A stretch of DNA of 64,000 nt from the IMG/VR virus record IMGVR_UViG_3300030329_005813, positions 108,362 through 172,361 of that record; one strand, 5' to 3'. The notes below the pieces were generated by a model. That model worked only from the letters and a program-made list of their open reading frames with translations, was not told the DNA's origin and did no database searches. The position numbers and the translations under genes are program-made. The number at the start of each line of letters is the position of its first letter. Position 1 is the first letter of the stretch. Positions 50,277 through 60,058 of the stretch are shown one piece after another. This stretch comes from a virus.

Positions 50277-51137
50277 TTAGTCTTCCTTGTTGGACCGCGT
50301 TTTTAAAGCTTTAGTTATGGCTTCACGAATGGTTTTACGAATAAGGGTTTCATCAAGTTCTTTTTCTTCGGCGTTTTTAGCCGCGTCCGTCATTGATTCT
50401 TCTTTATCGCCATCTTTATCAAGATCTAAAAAGTCAGGTTTTGCTCCCTCTTCAAGCTCTTCCTCTTCCATAACAGGACAAATACAAGGGCTCATTCCAC
50501 ACTTTGGACACATACCGTAACCCTCTTCCAGATCATCTTCTCGTCGTCCACAATGCGCTTCGTCTAGTTCTTGCTCTTGAATTTCAATAGATTCTGTTAA
50601 AACTTCATTTTTTGGAGTTTTATAACCCCAAGACTCCATAAGACGGCCGTTGACCTCTTGATTTCTCCATTTTTTGTAGCTCATTTTAGTATCTCCTGTA
50701 CTGTAATAAATAGACTCTTGTAGTTGTTTTTTATAAGTTTCTTCCCACATTCTAAAGCACATATTACCTAATTCATACGCTTCACGTTCCATTTCACGCA
50801 TATAACTATCATTTTGAAAGTAACCCTCGCCCATTTCAGGCTTTAAATCAAAATCACCACGACAATTTTGAGCGTGGTGAACCAATTCGTGAGATAAAGA
50901 CCTCATAATATCTTTTGGATGCCTATGATCTGTATAAATTGATACTGAAGAGGTATTTGGATTATAAAAAGCTGTTTTTCCAAGTGGTTTTTCGGCATTT
51001 TTAACGTCAGAAATAAATGAAATTGTTGGCGCCGTGTCAAAACCCATCTTTTTTTGTGCAAAGGGTAAAAAACTTTCTAAAAATGGTTTAATCTCAGATA
51101 AATTTAAACTTGAACGATTTCTAATGTTAAATTTCAT
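50277..51137 (-). CDS. Zincin-like HExxH protein with an acidic C-terminal half (EF-hand-like DLDKDGDKEE)
   Basis: RSLSHELVHHAQ...EREAY; probable internal in-frame start at 50684. Confidence 0.7.
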   Translation of the reverse strand: MKFNIRNRSSLNLSEIKPFLESFLPFAQKKMGFDTAPTISFISDVKNAEKPLGKTAFYNPNTSSVSIYTDHRHPKDIMRSLSHELVHHAQNCRGDFDLKPEMGEGYFQNDSYMREMEREAYELGNMCFRMWEETYKKQLQESIYYSTGDTKMSYKKWRNQEVNGRLMESWGYKTPKNEVLTESIEIQEQELDEAHCGRREDDLEEGYGMCPKCGMSPCICPVMEEEELEEGAKPDFLDLDKDGDKEESMTDAAKNAEEKELDETLIRKTIREAITKALKTRSNKED

Positions 51138-51164
51138 ACTTTTTATCTCCGAGGCGTAAAATAA

Positions 51165-51416
51165 TTAGTTTTTTTCTTGTTCAAGTTCATTTTTTGTTAG
51201 TATTTTTAAATTTACACATAAAATTTTATATGTTTTTTGCTCTTCGAAAGAAAAAATGTCTGCATAAGCAATATTTCTTCCGCCAATAGTGGAAAAATAG
51301 AGATCAGAAACAATACCAGTTTTTTTGGCGTCGTAATAAGTCCAAATTACAATATCGCCAACCTTAAAATTGTTTATTTTTCCAAAAGATTCACTTACAG
51401 ACTTAAAATTATTCAA
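51165..51416 (-). CDS. Small SH3/KOW-like hypothetical protein
   Basis: FKVGDIVIW...KTGIV. Confidence 0.6.
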   Translation of the reverse strand: MNNFKSVSESFGKINNFKVGDIVIWTYYDAKKTGIVSDLYFSTIGGRNIAYADIFSFEEQKTYKILCVNLKILTKNELEQEKN

Positions 51417-51422
51417 TTTAAT

Positions 51423-51713
51423 TCACATTTCTTTTAATTTACTGTCGATCATATTCTCAATAAAGCTTAGTTTTTCTTTTATTCTTCCTAAACCATTCTC
51501 TTTAATGCTAACTAAATCTTCTCGCTTTATATCTTCGCTCATTCTTAAGGAATCTTCTAAATCATTTAGGTCATCCCAAGTAACTTGAATTTTTTGATCA
51601 AAAACACCTGTTCTTTGTTGGACAATTCTTGCATTTATTTGATCTTTAGGCGATAAAGTGACAGTCATTTCCTGTAAAATCATATCGCGAAGAATATTTT
51701 TGGTAATTTTCAT
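51423..51713 (-). CDS. Hypothetical protein with MKITK-type leader
   Basis: MKITKNILRDMILQE; ACTATTTA motif and GGAG SD upstream. Confidence 0.7.
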   Translation of the reverse strand: MKITKNILRDMILQEMTVTLSPKDQINARIVQQRTGVFDQKIQVTWDDLNDLEDSLRMSEDIKREDLVSIKENGLGRIKEKLSFIENMIDSKLKEM

Positions 51714-51758
51714 ATGTTAAAGCTCCAAAAAAATATTAATTTTACTTATAAATAGTTT

Positions 51759-52160
51759 TTACGGCGCTAAACTGCAAGGAATTATATCTGATAATGCGCT
51801 TAGCGCTCCCATTGAGGCCTCCACTGAGTATTGATTGTCCTGATTAACAAAAACTTCTAAAATAACATCGTAGTCAGATACATAATAACCTAAATCAATT
51901 CTTTCAAACCTGCTAAGCTCACGTATTTCTAATGTATCTTCATCGTAGTAATATATAATTCCACCATTTTCAATAAAAATATCAGTTTCCGAGTCAAAAA
52001 AGTAACATAATGGCACATCAGAAACCAATAAAGGAGGAAAATCTAGTATTTCCCACCAAATATTTTCAAATTCTATTTTTAATTCTTCTTCTTCTAAAAT
52101 TTCTCCCTGTGAACAAGAACACAACATAAGAAAACTTACAATTAATAAGCTTTTTAACAT
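51759..52160 (-). CDS. Putative lipoprotein
   Basis: Signal peptide with a lipobox-like LCSC. Confidence 0.6.
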   Translation of the reverse strand: MLKSLLIVSFLMLCSCSQGEILEEEELKIEFENIWWEILDFPPLLVSDVPLCYFFDSETDIFIENGGIIYYYDEDTLEIRELSRFERIDLGYYVSDYDVILEVFVNQDNQYSVEASMGALSALSDIIPCSLAP

Positions 52161-52195
52161 TTTAAACCCCCCATATGGGGGATAAATTTACAAGA

Positions 52196-52429
52196 TTACG
52201 TTAGCCCGTAGTATTTTAAAATATAGTGTTTTATAGTCTCGGCCCCTGGGTACCTAGATTCACATACTTTAAACATATAGTCTGCCGAAACAATATACAT
52301 TGTTCCGAACGGCGCGTCACTTATCCCAACACCAATTGAAGTTCTACCCACGCCACAGTCTCCAGGTTTATGTATGGCACCTTTTTTGGGCGTTCCTACA
52401 ATATATAAAAAATAATTGGGCTCTTGCAA
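52196..52429 (-). CDS. Hypothetical protein
   Basis: TTG start with a GGGGA SD. Confidence 0.55.
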   Translation of the reverse strand: MQEPNYFLYIVGTPKKGAIHKPGDCGVGRTSIGVGISDAPFGTMYIVSADYMFKVCESRYPGAETIKHYILKYYGLT

Positions 52430-52533
52430 ACTATAAATCCCCCTATTATTAACTAGGCCTCGACAACTGAAAGGAAAGTTTAAAATAATTATACTATTTA
52501 CTTACAGAGAGGTGAACTAGGGGGTATTAAATA

Positions 52534-53598
52534 GTGCATTATATAAAATTTTGTTTTCTTTGGGCTTCGTTGCTGTCGGTAGTATCATGTGTAGAGTATT
52601 CTATCACTCAGCCAAATGTAATAAAAGGCGAAGCAAACCCCCCGGATGTTAAAATACAAGTAGAAAAAGACACTATAACACAAATAGCAAAATTTAAAAC
52701 TGATATTTTATGGGTTATTGATAATTCTTGTTCGATGAGCGAAGAGCAAACTGCCTTAACAAACAACTTTGATTCTTTTATCAACTACTTTATTGGCTCT
52801 GGATTAGACTGGCACGTCGGTGTTGTATCAACGGATATGCTACACCCTGATCAACAAGGAAGACTTCGCTCGTCTTTGGGATACAACTTTATTGACGAAA
52901 ATACTCCACAACCAACTTTAATATTTCGACAAATGGCGGCTATGGGAGTATCCGGATCAGGAGTTGAAAAAGGTTTAGCTACGAGCTATAATGCAATAGA
53001 GGTTCACGGAGAGGATGCAAATAAAGATTTTTATCGTGAAGATGCCTTACTGTCAATAATTGTTATATCAGACGAACCAGATTTCTCAACTGAAATTACT
53101 ATAGAAGAATACATTTCTTGGTTGCAAAATTTAAAAGATGATCCAGAAGATGTTATTTTTTCATCGATTGTGTGTTTACAGGAAGGGTATTTAAATGGAA
53201 TACGTTGTGATAACCCACCAGCCTGGACAGCACCTTTAGTTGGAAAACAATACATTGAAGTAACTAATGTTATTGGTGGAGCTTTATGGGATATTCGCGA
53301 AAACAACTGGGATGAAGTTCTGGACGAGTTAGGGTTTTTAACTTCTGGTCTTAAGAAAGAATTTTTCTTGTCTGATATTCCTGTTTTAGAAACTTTAGAC
53401 GTCTATGTTCAAGAGCCAGAGGGCAATACATATGAATTTAAGTTAGATTTAGATTACACTTATTCTAGAGTTAGAAATAGCATTACATTTATATCATATA
53501 CTCCTCCACAGTATTCAAAAGTTAATATTGAATATATACCTTTAGAGTCTTTTTATGGCGATATCAGCTTCGAAGATACAGACACTAGTTTAGAATAA
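52534..53598 (+). CDS. vWA-domain lipoprotein
   Basis: Lipobox VVSC, MIDAS motif DILWVIDNSCSM, VGVVSTD, IIVISDEPD. Confidence 0.85.
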   Translation: MHYIKFCFLWASLLSVVSCVEYSITQPNVIKGEANPPDVKIQVEKDTITQIAKFKTDILWVIDNSCSMSEEQTALTNNFDSFINYFIGSGLDWHVGVVSTDMLHPDQQGRLRSSLGYNFIDENTPQPTLIFRQMAAMGVSGSGVEKGLATSYNAIEVHGEDANKDFYREDALLSIIVISDEPDFSTEITIEEYISWLQNLKDDPEDVIFSSIVCLQEGYLNGIRCDNPPAWTAPLVGKQYIEVTNVIGGALWDIRENNWDEVLDELGFLTSGLKKEFFLSDIPVLETLDVYVQEPEGNTYEFKLDLDYTYSRVRNSITFISYTPPQYSKVNIEYIPLESFYGDISFEDTDTSLE

Positions 53599-53656
53599 AA
53601 AATAAATATTTCGGCCATAACGAACTACTTATAAGTGTAAAAAACAGGAATTTAAA

Positions 53657-53926
53657 ATGTCTGCTATTACCACCGAAAAAGCCTGGAAAATGTTTACTGT
53701 TGTGCTGGGCGTCGTAGTTGTCCCGCTTGCTGGTTGGGTTTGGAATACCAACGTGGCTGTTGCACAAATTCAAAATGATCTTTCAGATGCAGAGCAAGTT
53801 ATTATTGGCTTGGAAAGAAAAGTTGAAGAAGCTGAAGAAAATTCTAAAGCTATTATATCGATAGAAAAAGATATTGAATATATGAAAGCTGCTCTTCAAA
53901 GAATAGAAGACTTGGTAGCAAACTAA
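53657..53926 (+). CDS. Small membrane protein with a coiled coil (holin/spanin-like architecture)
   Basis: Single TM helix then a heptad-rich segment; AGGA SD; ACTACTTA motif upstream. Confidence 0.6.
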   Translation: MSAITTEKAWKMFTVVLGVVVVPLAGWVWNTNVAVAQIQNDLSDAEQVIIGLERKVEEAEENSKAIISIEKDIEYMKAALQRIEDLVAN

Positions 53927-54228
53927 TGGTTTGGGCATTAGTATATGTCTTATTCCAGGTTCACGTCCAGGCTCAAGAAGTCTTAGATACTCAAGTCCCT
54001 TCGCCAAATCAAGTTATTCCATCTGAGGAGCTTGATGGTTGTCAAGAAGATCTTAAAAACCTTGCAGACGATATGCGTGGTTTAGAGTTTTTTCTACAAG
54101 ACAAGAAAAACTATAAAAAATTCTGCCCCAATACTAAATGGGAGCAGCCGAAATTAGAAGAATATAAAAAAGAACCCAAGTCTTATTTACCCGATACGTG
54201 CAAAGTGGTAAAAGACTCAGGTATTTAA
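53926..54228 (+). CDS. Secreted hypothetical protein
   Basis: TAATG coupling to the upstream gene; signal-peptide-like N-terminus. Confidence 0.6.
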   Translation: MVWALVYVLFQVHVQAQEVLDTQVPSPNQVIPSEELDGCQEDLKNLADDMRGLEFFLQDKKNYKKFCPNTKWEQPKLEEYKKEPKSYLPDTCKVVKDSGI

Positions 54229-56667
54229 AAACTTTCTCCACCCTTCAAATAAGCTTTGACTAGTGGTTGTCTTGTCTTCGTTAAGATCTTGTTCCGGGTC
54301 AACCCCGGTAAGCTCCCAAGATTTTGGTATAAATTTATTAAATACATCTTGTGCAAATTCACGAATCTGATCTTCATCATTCCAATGTTCTATTATTTCT
54401 TTAAATACAGAAATTAAATCATCTGGCTCATCACCATCAACGTGAAAATTGAGTCTATATCCAATTACCTTTCTTTCGAGGTCACCCACTTGAGTATCTA
54501 AAAATCTTTCAAAGGATACAAAGTATTTACTATCAGCATTTTTTTGAGGTACTTCTAGCATACGTTTGCGAAGTTCAATCCAAAAGTCTCTAGAGTTAAC
54601 AATTTTTTCTGCGATTTCTTTTGTTGCATCAGCGTAAGAAAATTCTAAATGAGTAGTGGCAGAAATTAATTCATACTCAGGGTATTCTCCTGAGACTTCT
54701 AAGTCCCACTCATACGAATCTAGATCTCCATATTCTATGTCGCGCCCCAGTGCCATATACACACCACCCGGCATCCACTCTTCTCTCTGAAGGTATAGTT
54801 TAATAGCATCTCTAAGACTATCATTTTCTCGACCAGAATATTCCATTGAGTCTAATTTTTCTATAAATTGACTAAAATCATATTCGTCATAAAAATAACT
54901 TTGACCCTCTATGCTTAAACCCTCAACGCTCATTCTTAATTTTAATATAATATTGTTTGGATCGCTTGAGATAACAGAATCTACTCGGTCTACAGCTGCA
55001 TAAATACCACCATAATCTTCCAGCTCCTGTGGCAAATATATAATATTATAGACTGTTGGAAGTCTTATCCATTCATCACTCGGCCATCCTAATTTTAACC
55101 AAACTTTTGGAACTATTATACCTTCATCAACATCAATCTCAACCTCGTACTCTTCAAGACGATAATTACTTAAAACATCCTCTGCTTGTCTAAGAATTTG
55201 TTCATCCCGGGTAAATATTACATCTCTATCTAATTGATTTTCGGTGTCTTCGTTTTGTTCAATATTTCCAATATAAAATTCAAAGTCTAAAAAATCGCGT
55301 GTTAACATATCGATTTTGTTATCTTCATAGGATCCACCAAACTTAATAAAACGATCTAAATCTAAATGAGCACCTTCAGGGCGTCCTCTACTGGTAGTCA
55401 TTTTAGTAGGTACGTTTTTAATGGCCTCTGCTTGATTTTCTTTGGCCCAGTCTGCAACCACCTTTCGAAAACCAGGAATTTTTTTTGTACCATAAGTTGC
55501 TAGTTCAGGAATCGCTAGCTCTGTGCCTTCGTCATATCGAGCGGGCCTTTCATTATCATAATATCTAATTTGTCGAAGCCTTAATCTTTGTATTGGCTCT
55601 ATAAGACCTTCGCTTCTTGCTTCATCCCAAAGTACTTCTTCCTCTTGAAATTCCTCTGTATCAACCAGTCCTTCAAAACCCGGCTCATCTAAACTAGCCA
55701 ACAAGTCTTCATAAGCACCTTCGATGTGATCATTTTGTACAACATATGCTAGAGCACCGTGTCCGTGTGCCTCTGCAACAGCACATTTATAGTATTCAGA
55801 CTCGCCTCCTCTTGACGGGGGCGAGTGGCAGGACTCAATATCATCAAAGTCAGACATACGAAGAATATCAACTGGATGCCTGGTCAAAAGAATAGAATAG
55901 GTATCTTTGTCCTTAAGGCCCTCAGAATTCTTTTTAATATAATCAGCATTTTGTTGCCAATACTTGCGAAGTTGAGCAATTTTTTCAGGTAATTTAAGTA
56001 TGTCTTCGTGAGATATATTAAATTTTGTGCGTAGGAACAATAATCCCCAGCTTCGTGAAAGCCAAACATTTTCATCGCCAGATATGACACCTAACAATTT
56101 TTTTAATTTAGGGGCCGTTTTTAACGCAAACTCTGTTTGATTATCAATTCGTCTTTCTGCTGCTTCATCCGAAAAATAAACTTTTAAAGCCTCAGTAACA
56201 ACTTTTTCAACGGCAGCCAACCATTTGCCGATTTTCATTTTTTCTTTCGTTCTTTTTATAGCAGCTAAATGAGCCTCAGCCTCCTCGCGGCTGACCCAAT
56301 TATCTAGAATATCCGATACTGCCCTTGCTTCCTGTTCTGGAGTCAAAGGCTTTTCCCTAATCATTAAACCAGATCCAAAATCAGGCTCAAAAGAATCTTT
56401 TACTGTGCTAGCACTTGACGGTGACAAAATTTTTATAAATTGTCCAAGTTCAGACTTAGTGTCTGTAATAGGAAACGGGATAAGAATACGATTTTTACCA
56501 CCAAACATTTCATTAAAAGCAAGATCTTCAGGCCCCATTTCATCTAGCGCACGTCGAATATGCTCATATTCATCTTCATCAATTTCACGCAGCAACTTTT
56601 TATTGTCTGGGCCGGCAAAAGAATCTTCTGCTAAAAACTGACGCCAGCTGTTATGAAAATTATGCAT
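54217..56667 (-). CDS. Acidic 816-aa hypothetical protein with WRxFL leader-like motifs at both termini
   Basis: N-terminal MHNFHNSWRQFLAE, C-terminal SLFEGWRKFLNT; central HPVDILRMSDF..IESCHS. Confidence 0.75.
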   Translation of the reverse strand: MHNFHNSWRQFLAEDSFAGPDNKKLLREIDEDEYEHIRRALDEMGPEDLAFNEMFGGKNRILIPFPITDTKSELGQFIKILSPSSASTVKDSFEPDFGSGLMIREKPLTPEQEARAVSDILDNWVSREEAEAHLAAIKRTKEKMKIGKWLAAVEKVVTEALKVYFSDEAAERRIDNQTEFALKTAPKLKKLLGVISGDENVWLSRSWGLLFLRTKFNISHEDILKLPEKIAQLRKYWQQNADYIKKNSEGLKDKDTYSILLTRHPVDILRMSDFDDIESCHSPPSRGGESEYYKCAVAEAHGHGALAYVVQNDHIEGAYEDLLASLDEPGFEGLVDTEEFQEEEVLWDEARSEGLIEPIQRLRLRQIRYYDNERPARYDEGTELAIPELATYGTKKIPGFRKVVADWAKENQAEAIKNVPTKMTTSRGRPEGAHLDLDRFIKFGGSYEDNKIDMLTRDFLDFEFYIGNIEQNEDTENQLDRDVIFTRDEQILRQAEDVLSNYRLEEYEVEIDVDEGIIVPKVWLKLGWPSDEWIRLPTVYNIIYLPQELEDYGGIYAAVDRVDSVISSDPNNIILKLRMSVEGLSIEGQSYFYDEYDFSQFIEKLDSMEYSGRENDSLRDAIKLYLQREEWMPGGVYMALGRDIEYGDLDSYEWDLEVSGEYPEYELISATTHLEFSYADATKEIAEKIVNSRDFWIELRKRMLEVPQKNADSKYFVSFERFLDTQVGDLERKVIGYRLNFHVDGDEPDDLISVFKEIIEHWNDEDQIREFAQDVFNKFIPKSWELTGVDPEQDLNEDKTTTSQSLFEGWRKFLNT

Positions 56668-56852
56668 TACTTATTCCTTATGGTAATCTTTTTTAATTTA
56701 CCAAGTCTTGACGAAACAACATCTGTTAAAACCCAGGGCACAACAGAGTGAATAAAACATCCAATAGACATAAATAGTAATAAAAAGGCAATTTTTTGTG
56801 CCCCAAGCATATGACTAAAGTAAGATTCGTTTTGTTCTTTAAGATGCTTCAT
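56667..56852 (-). CDS. Small membrane protein (DUF6356-like)
   Basis: HLKEQNESYFSHM...CFIHSVVPW pattern. Confidence 0.6.
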   Translation of the reverse strand: MKHLKEQNESYFSHMLGAQKIAFLLLFMSIGCFIHSVVPWVLTDVVSSRLGKLKKITIRNK

Positions 56853-57282
56853 TTTTTTCTTGCCACTCATAAGATACTTTATCTTCGCTTATTGGACCAC
56901 CAGCAGCCCAAGTATAACAAGATCTTGCACTGTGACACTTAAAGTGATGCATCCAACAGTAACCTAGATACCCCTCTTCGTCTTCAATAGGCTCCGAAGT
57001 AGGTCCAGGCATACATTCCTTCATTCTAGGTGAAATATCAAATGCTATACAATTAGAGCATTTAGATTCTTTGGCAACTTCTTGTGTTGTGTTCCAATGT
57101 TCTGCGGCTCTATCCCAATACTCTTCGTCAGCAAGATTTAAAGGACCATACTGAATATGCTCCGCTTGAATAGCAGCGTTACGATTTTTAGTGTTTAACT
57201 CTAGGTCTTGGGTTGCTTTTGGGCAAACTAATTTTTTGGCCTCGTTTAAAAATTTATTCCAGTTTTCAATTAATGATTTCAT
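56839..57282 (-). CDS. Cys-rich, possibly metal-binding protein with an ENW-type leader
   Basis: MKSLIENWNKFLNE; CSNC...C...GYCWMHHFKCHSARSCYTW. Confidence 0.7.
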   Translation of the reverse strand: MKSLIENWNKFLNEAKKLVCPKATQDLELNTKNRNAAIQAEHIQYGPLNLADEEYWDRAAEHWNTTQEVAKESKCSNCIAFDISPRMKECMPGPTSEPIEDEEGYLGYCWMHHFKCHSARSCYTWAAGGPISEDKVSYEWQEKNEAS

Positions 57283-57283
57283 T

Positions 57284-58099
57284 TTACCAAGCCTTGCACG
57301 ACCAATAGCGAGCTTTCCATTTTGGTCCGGGGTTATCACAGTTATGTCGGGCTCTAAATGACTTTCTACGAGCAGGAATATTTTTCTTGATTTTCATATT
57401 TGGATCGCCAAAGTTAACTTTTACAACGTTGCCCTTTTCATTTTTTACATATACTTTGGATTTTTTAACATCGCCTTTCATTGGCTTGTTAAGAGTAACT
57501 TTTCTTCCTTGATATTCTGCCTCTTCAAGAGTTTCGCCTTCGGCAAGCATTTCATAATAAAGCACTTCATCAAGCTCTTCGTTGATAATTTCCATTAGTT
57601 TTTGCTTGTTCATTTCCACGCCTTCTTTTTTGGATGCTTTTTTACCCCATGATTTACCTTTTCCACGTTCGCCACAGGCAGCAGGCGTCGGCCGACACGC
57701 CGGGTACTTAGATCTTTTTTCGCCCGCTTCACGACCACATGCTTTACATTTTTTTCTTCCTGTTTTTTTATCTTTTCTGCAAGTATTACAATCAACCCAT
57801 CCGCTTTTTTTACCTTTTTCACCCTTGCGACCAAACCAGTCATGTAGACTTGATTCTTTGCTTGACTCGGAGCCTGCTTTTTTAGCTTCTGTTGTTTCTA
57901 GTGGAATCTGGTCGCCCTCTTTAACATCTTTCCATATTTCGCCCTTTCGGCATCGAACTACGGCTCCGGAAGCATATGCCGATGGCCAAACGTCATATTT
58001 TCGTTTTGCAATACGAGTACACCGATCATCTTTTTCACTTAAAACTTGAATAAACTCTTCTTTGATAATTTTTTTAAGTTTGGTCTTGGTAATTTTCAT
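57284..58099 (-). CDS. Basic, Cys-containing multi-module phage protein (C-terminal module DUF6321-like)
   Basis: MKITKTKLKKIIKEE leader; modules WPSAYASG, DWF...GWVDC...YPACRP and FGDPNM...RRKSFRARHNC...YWSCKAW. Confidence 0.7.
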   Translation of the reverse strand: MKITKTKLKKIIKEEFIQVLSEKDDRCTRIAKRKYDVWPSAYASGAVVRCRKGEIWKDVKEGDQIPLETTEAKKAGSESSKESSLHDWFGRKGEKGKKSGWVDCNTCRKDKKTGRKKCKACGREAGEKRSKYPACRPTPAACGERGKGKSWGKKASKKEGVEMNKQKLMEIINEELDEVLYYEMLAEGETLEEAEYQGRKVTLNKPMKGDVKKSKVYVKNEKGNVVKVNFGDPNMKIKKNIPARRKSFRARHNCDNPGPKWKARYWSCKAW

Positions 58100-58428
58100 T
58101 TGTAAATCTCCGCTAAGCCTTCTTCAATAAGTAGTTTATTGATATCCTTATTATCAATGAATATTGTGCCAAGACACCTGCCGTATTTACCTACGCCATG
58201 AGAGTGAAGCACAAATAGGCCGTTTGAGGCCTCTAACAGCTCCGTGAGACGTTCTTTAGTTAGGAACCCTCTTGCCTTCTCTTCTAGGTCTCTCGTGCGC
58301 GTCTCGGGTGCGTCAATGCCGTTTAAACGAATGCGCTTCTTAACCCAGACATCAAAGCCTAGATCAATCAGCGCATCAACTGTATCGCCATCTATAACGC
58401 GTTCAAGTTTGGCATTATATTCATACAC
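58096..58428 (-). CDS. Thermonuclease (SNase-like) family protein
   Basis: RVIDGDTVD, RIRLNGIDAPE, GKYGRCLG, INKLLIEEGLA. Confidence 0.9.
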   Translation of the reverse strand: MYEYNAKLERVIDGDTVDALIDLGFDVWVKKRIRLNGIDAPETRTRDLEEKARGFLTKERLTELLEASNGLFVLHSHGVGKYGRCLGTIFIDNKDINKLLIEEGLAEIYK

Positions 58429-58458
58429 ATTATAAATAGTTTTTAAGTGTCGTCTAAA

Positions 58459-59103
58459 TCAAATTTTAACTCCTATTTTAAAATATCCAACGTGATTTAG
58501 GATCAGTACTTCTTTAAAATCTTGCTGCAATCGATATGATAAGTATAGTTTGAGAATTTTAGATGGACTATAGGTAATTCCCGTAGAGCTTCTATTTCTC
58601 GGAACCGGCTGCTCAGAATGTATAAAAAATATTTCATCACTCATATAAATTGAAAAATCATTTATTTTAACGGATATTTTGGTTTTGTTTCTGTATCTTA
58701 TTTGGGTTTCTTTAATTTCATAAAGACGTAGCTCTATCCTGAAACGATTTGAAAAAGAAACTTTTTTATGCTTATGCTTAAAGGCAACATTAAGGTGCGG
58801 CCTGTGTTCTATAAACCATCCGTCCCTGTTTTCAAAAACAATTCTATAATTTAAAGAAAATCCAAAAAGATCTAAAGAGTTGTTAGAAAAGCCAACATCA
58901 GCATGACTATAATAAAAACCGTCAGTATTTCGAATTCTTATTTCCTCTTCTACTGAAAATCCTAAATGTTTTTCTTTGAGAGCGACCGATATCTTATTTG
59001 TATTCCAGACCTCTCCTGTTTGCTCCACAGCTTGTGCCAATGGAGCAAGAAACGTTATAAAAAATGCAAATAATATTTTTTTATAATTAATCATTTGTTG
59101 CAC
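58459..59103 (-). CDS. Outer-membrane beta-barrel protein (DUF2490-like)
   Basis: Signal peptide ending AQA, alternating beta strands, EHRP, NRFRIELR, RYRNK, SDEIF, RNR. Confidence 0.75.
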   Translation of the reverse strand: MQQMINYKKILFAFFITFLAPLAQAVEQTGEVWNTNKISVALKEKHLGFSVEEEIRIRNTDGFYYSHADVGFSNNSLDLFGFSLNYRIVFENRDGWFIEHRPHLNVAFKHKHKKVSFSNRFRIELRLYEIKETQIRYRNKTKISVKINDFSIYMSDEIFFIHSEQPVPRNRSSTGITYSPSKILKLYLSYRLQQDFKEVLILNHVGYFKIGVKI

Positions 59104-59110
59104 TCCTGGC

Positions 59111-60058
59111 TTAGCCTATAAAGACAACCGCAGCCACCAATACAACACTTAAAGCTAGGCCAACCATCATTTTAAGAAAGTCGCTAATTAACATTGGAAA
59201 AATTTCTTTTATGCCATCTTTATTAGCAAACGAACGATAAACGGCTAACTCACGTCCACATAGCAGCCCAACAAACACCCAAGTTGTTGACATAGGCAAA
59301 TTGTTGTATTCTTTAAAAAACCAAAGAATGATAGCATAAACAAAGTCGATTATCGTTGCAGAGCGCGTAAATCTTGTGCCACTCTTTGAGGATACAATTT
59401 CTTGAATTTTTCCACCTTTTGTATAAAATAGTTGGGCAAGGCCGGCAACCAAAATAAACATAAAGCCTAAAAACATTCCCGTCGACAAATCATTGCCTCG
59501 TGGCAAATAAACAGCAACATTTGCTATGTCGTGGCTAAGCCATTGATGCCACAAGAATCCAGTAGCTAACCATTGGCTAACCCTCCAGAATTTTTTGTGA
59601 TCTTCTTTTATGGGTTTTCTTTCATTCAAAAATCGCGAAAGCACAGTCCACAAAATATAAGCAACAATAGCAGCCAATCCATAACCAACTGCTGATTTAA
59701 TAATAATTTTTTCTAATACAAAGCTACTAGAAAATACACTAAGTGTTAAAAGTGTAGTGCTAACCGGAACACCAAACCGTGTTAGTCCCAGCAATAGAAC
59801 CGGCGCCAAGCCGTGATACCACTTAAAAGTTTCTGGGAGTGGTATTGAATCTAGACGATTATATGCAATGTCTCCTGTACACCACGCATAACCAAGTGTT
59901 GCGACCATAATAGAGGCCATATAAAGCCACGGTTTCCACCAAGCGGCATCTTTGTTGGAAGCTATAAACGTACCCAACGTTTGGGCGCTATCGTTTGCTA
60001 TGACAGCATATGCAGCAAGCAAAAATCCTACTAGCCCAATCATTATTGACAGACTCAT
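59111..60058 (-). CDS. Multi-TM transporter, PiT/PHO4-like (phosphate or other anion)
   Basis: ANDSAQTLGT and HDIANV repeats, GVPVSTT and NLPMSTT repeats, about 9-10 TM helices. Confidence 0.65.
   Translation of the reverse strand: MSLSIMIGLVGFLLAAYAVIANDSAQTLGTFIASNKDAAWWKPWLYMASIMVATLGYAWCTGDIAYNRLDSIPLPETFKWYHGLAPVLLLGLTRFGVPVSTTLLTLSVFSSSFVLEKIIIKSAVGYGLAAIVAYILWTVLSRFLNERKPIKEDHKKFWRVSQWLATGFLWHQWLSHDIANVAVYLPRGNDLSTGMFLGFMFILVAGLAQLFYTKGGKIQEIVSSKSGTRFTRSATIIDFVYAIILWFFKEYNNLPMSTTWVFVGLLCGRELAVYRSFANKDGIKEIFPMLISDFLKMMVGLALSVVLVAAVVFIG

Noticed and set aside
52167-52181. CCCCC(C)ATATGGGGG hairpin as a terminator
   Set aside because: It overlaps the likely RBS of the gene starting at 52160 and has only a 3-nt U run, so its function cannot be assigned.
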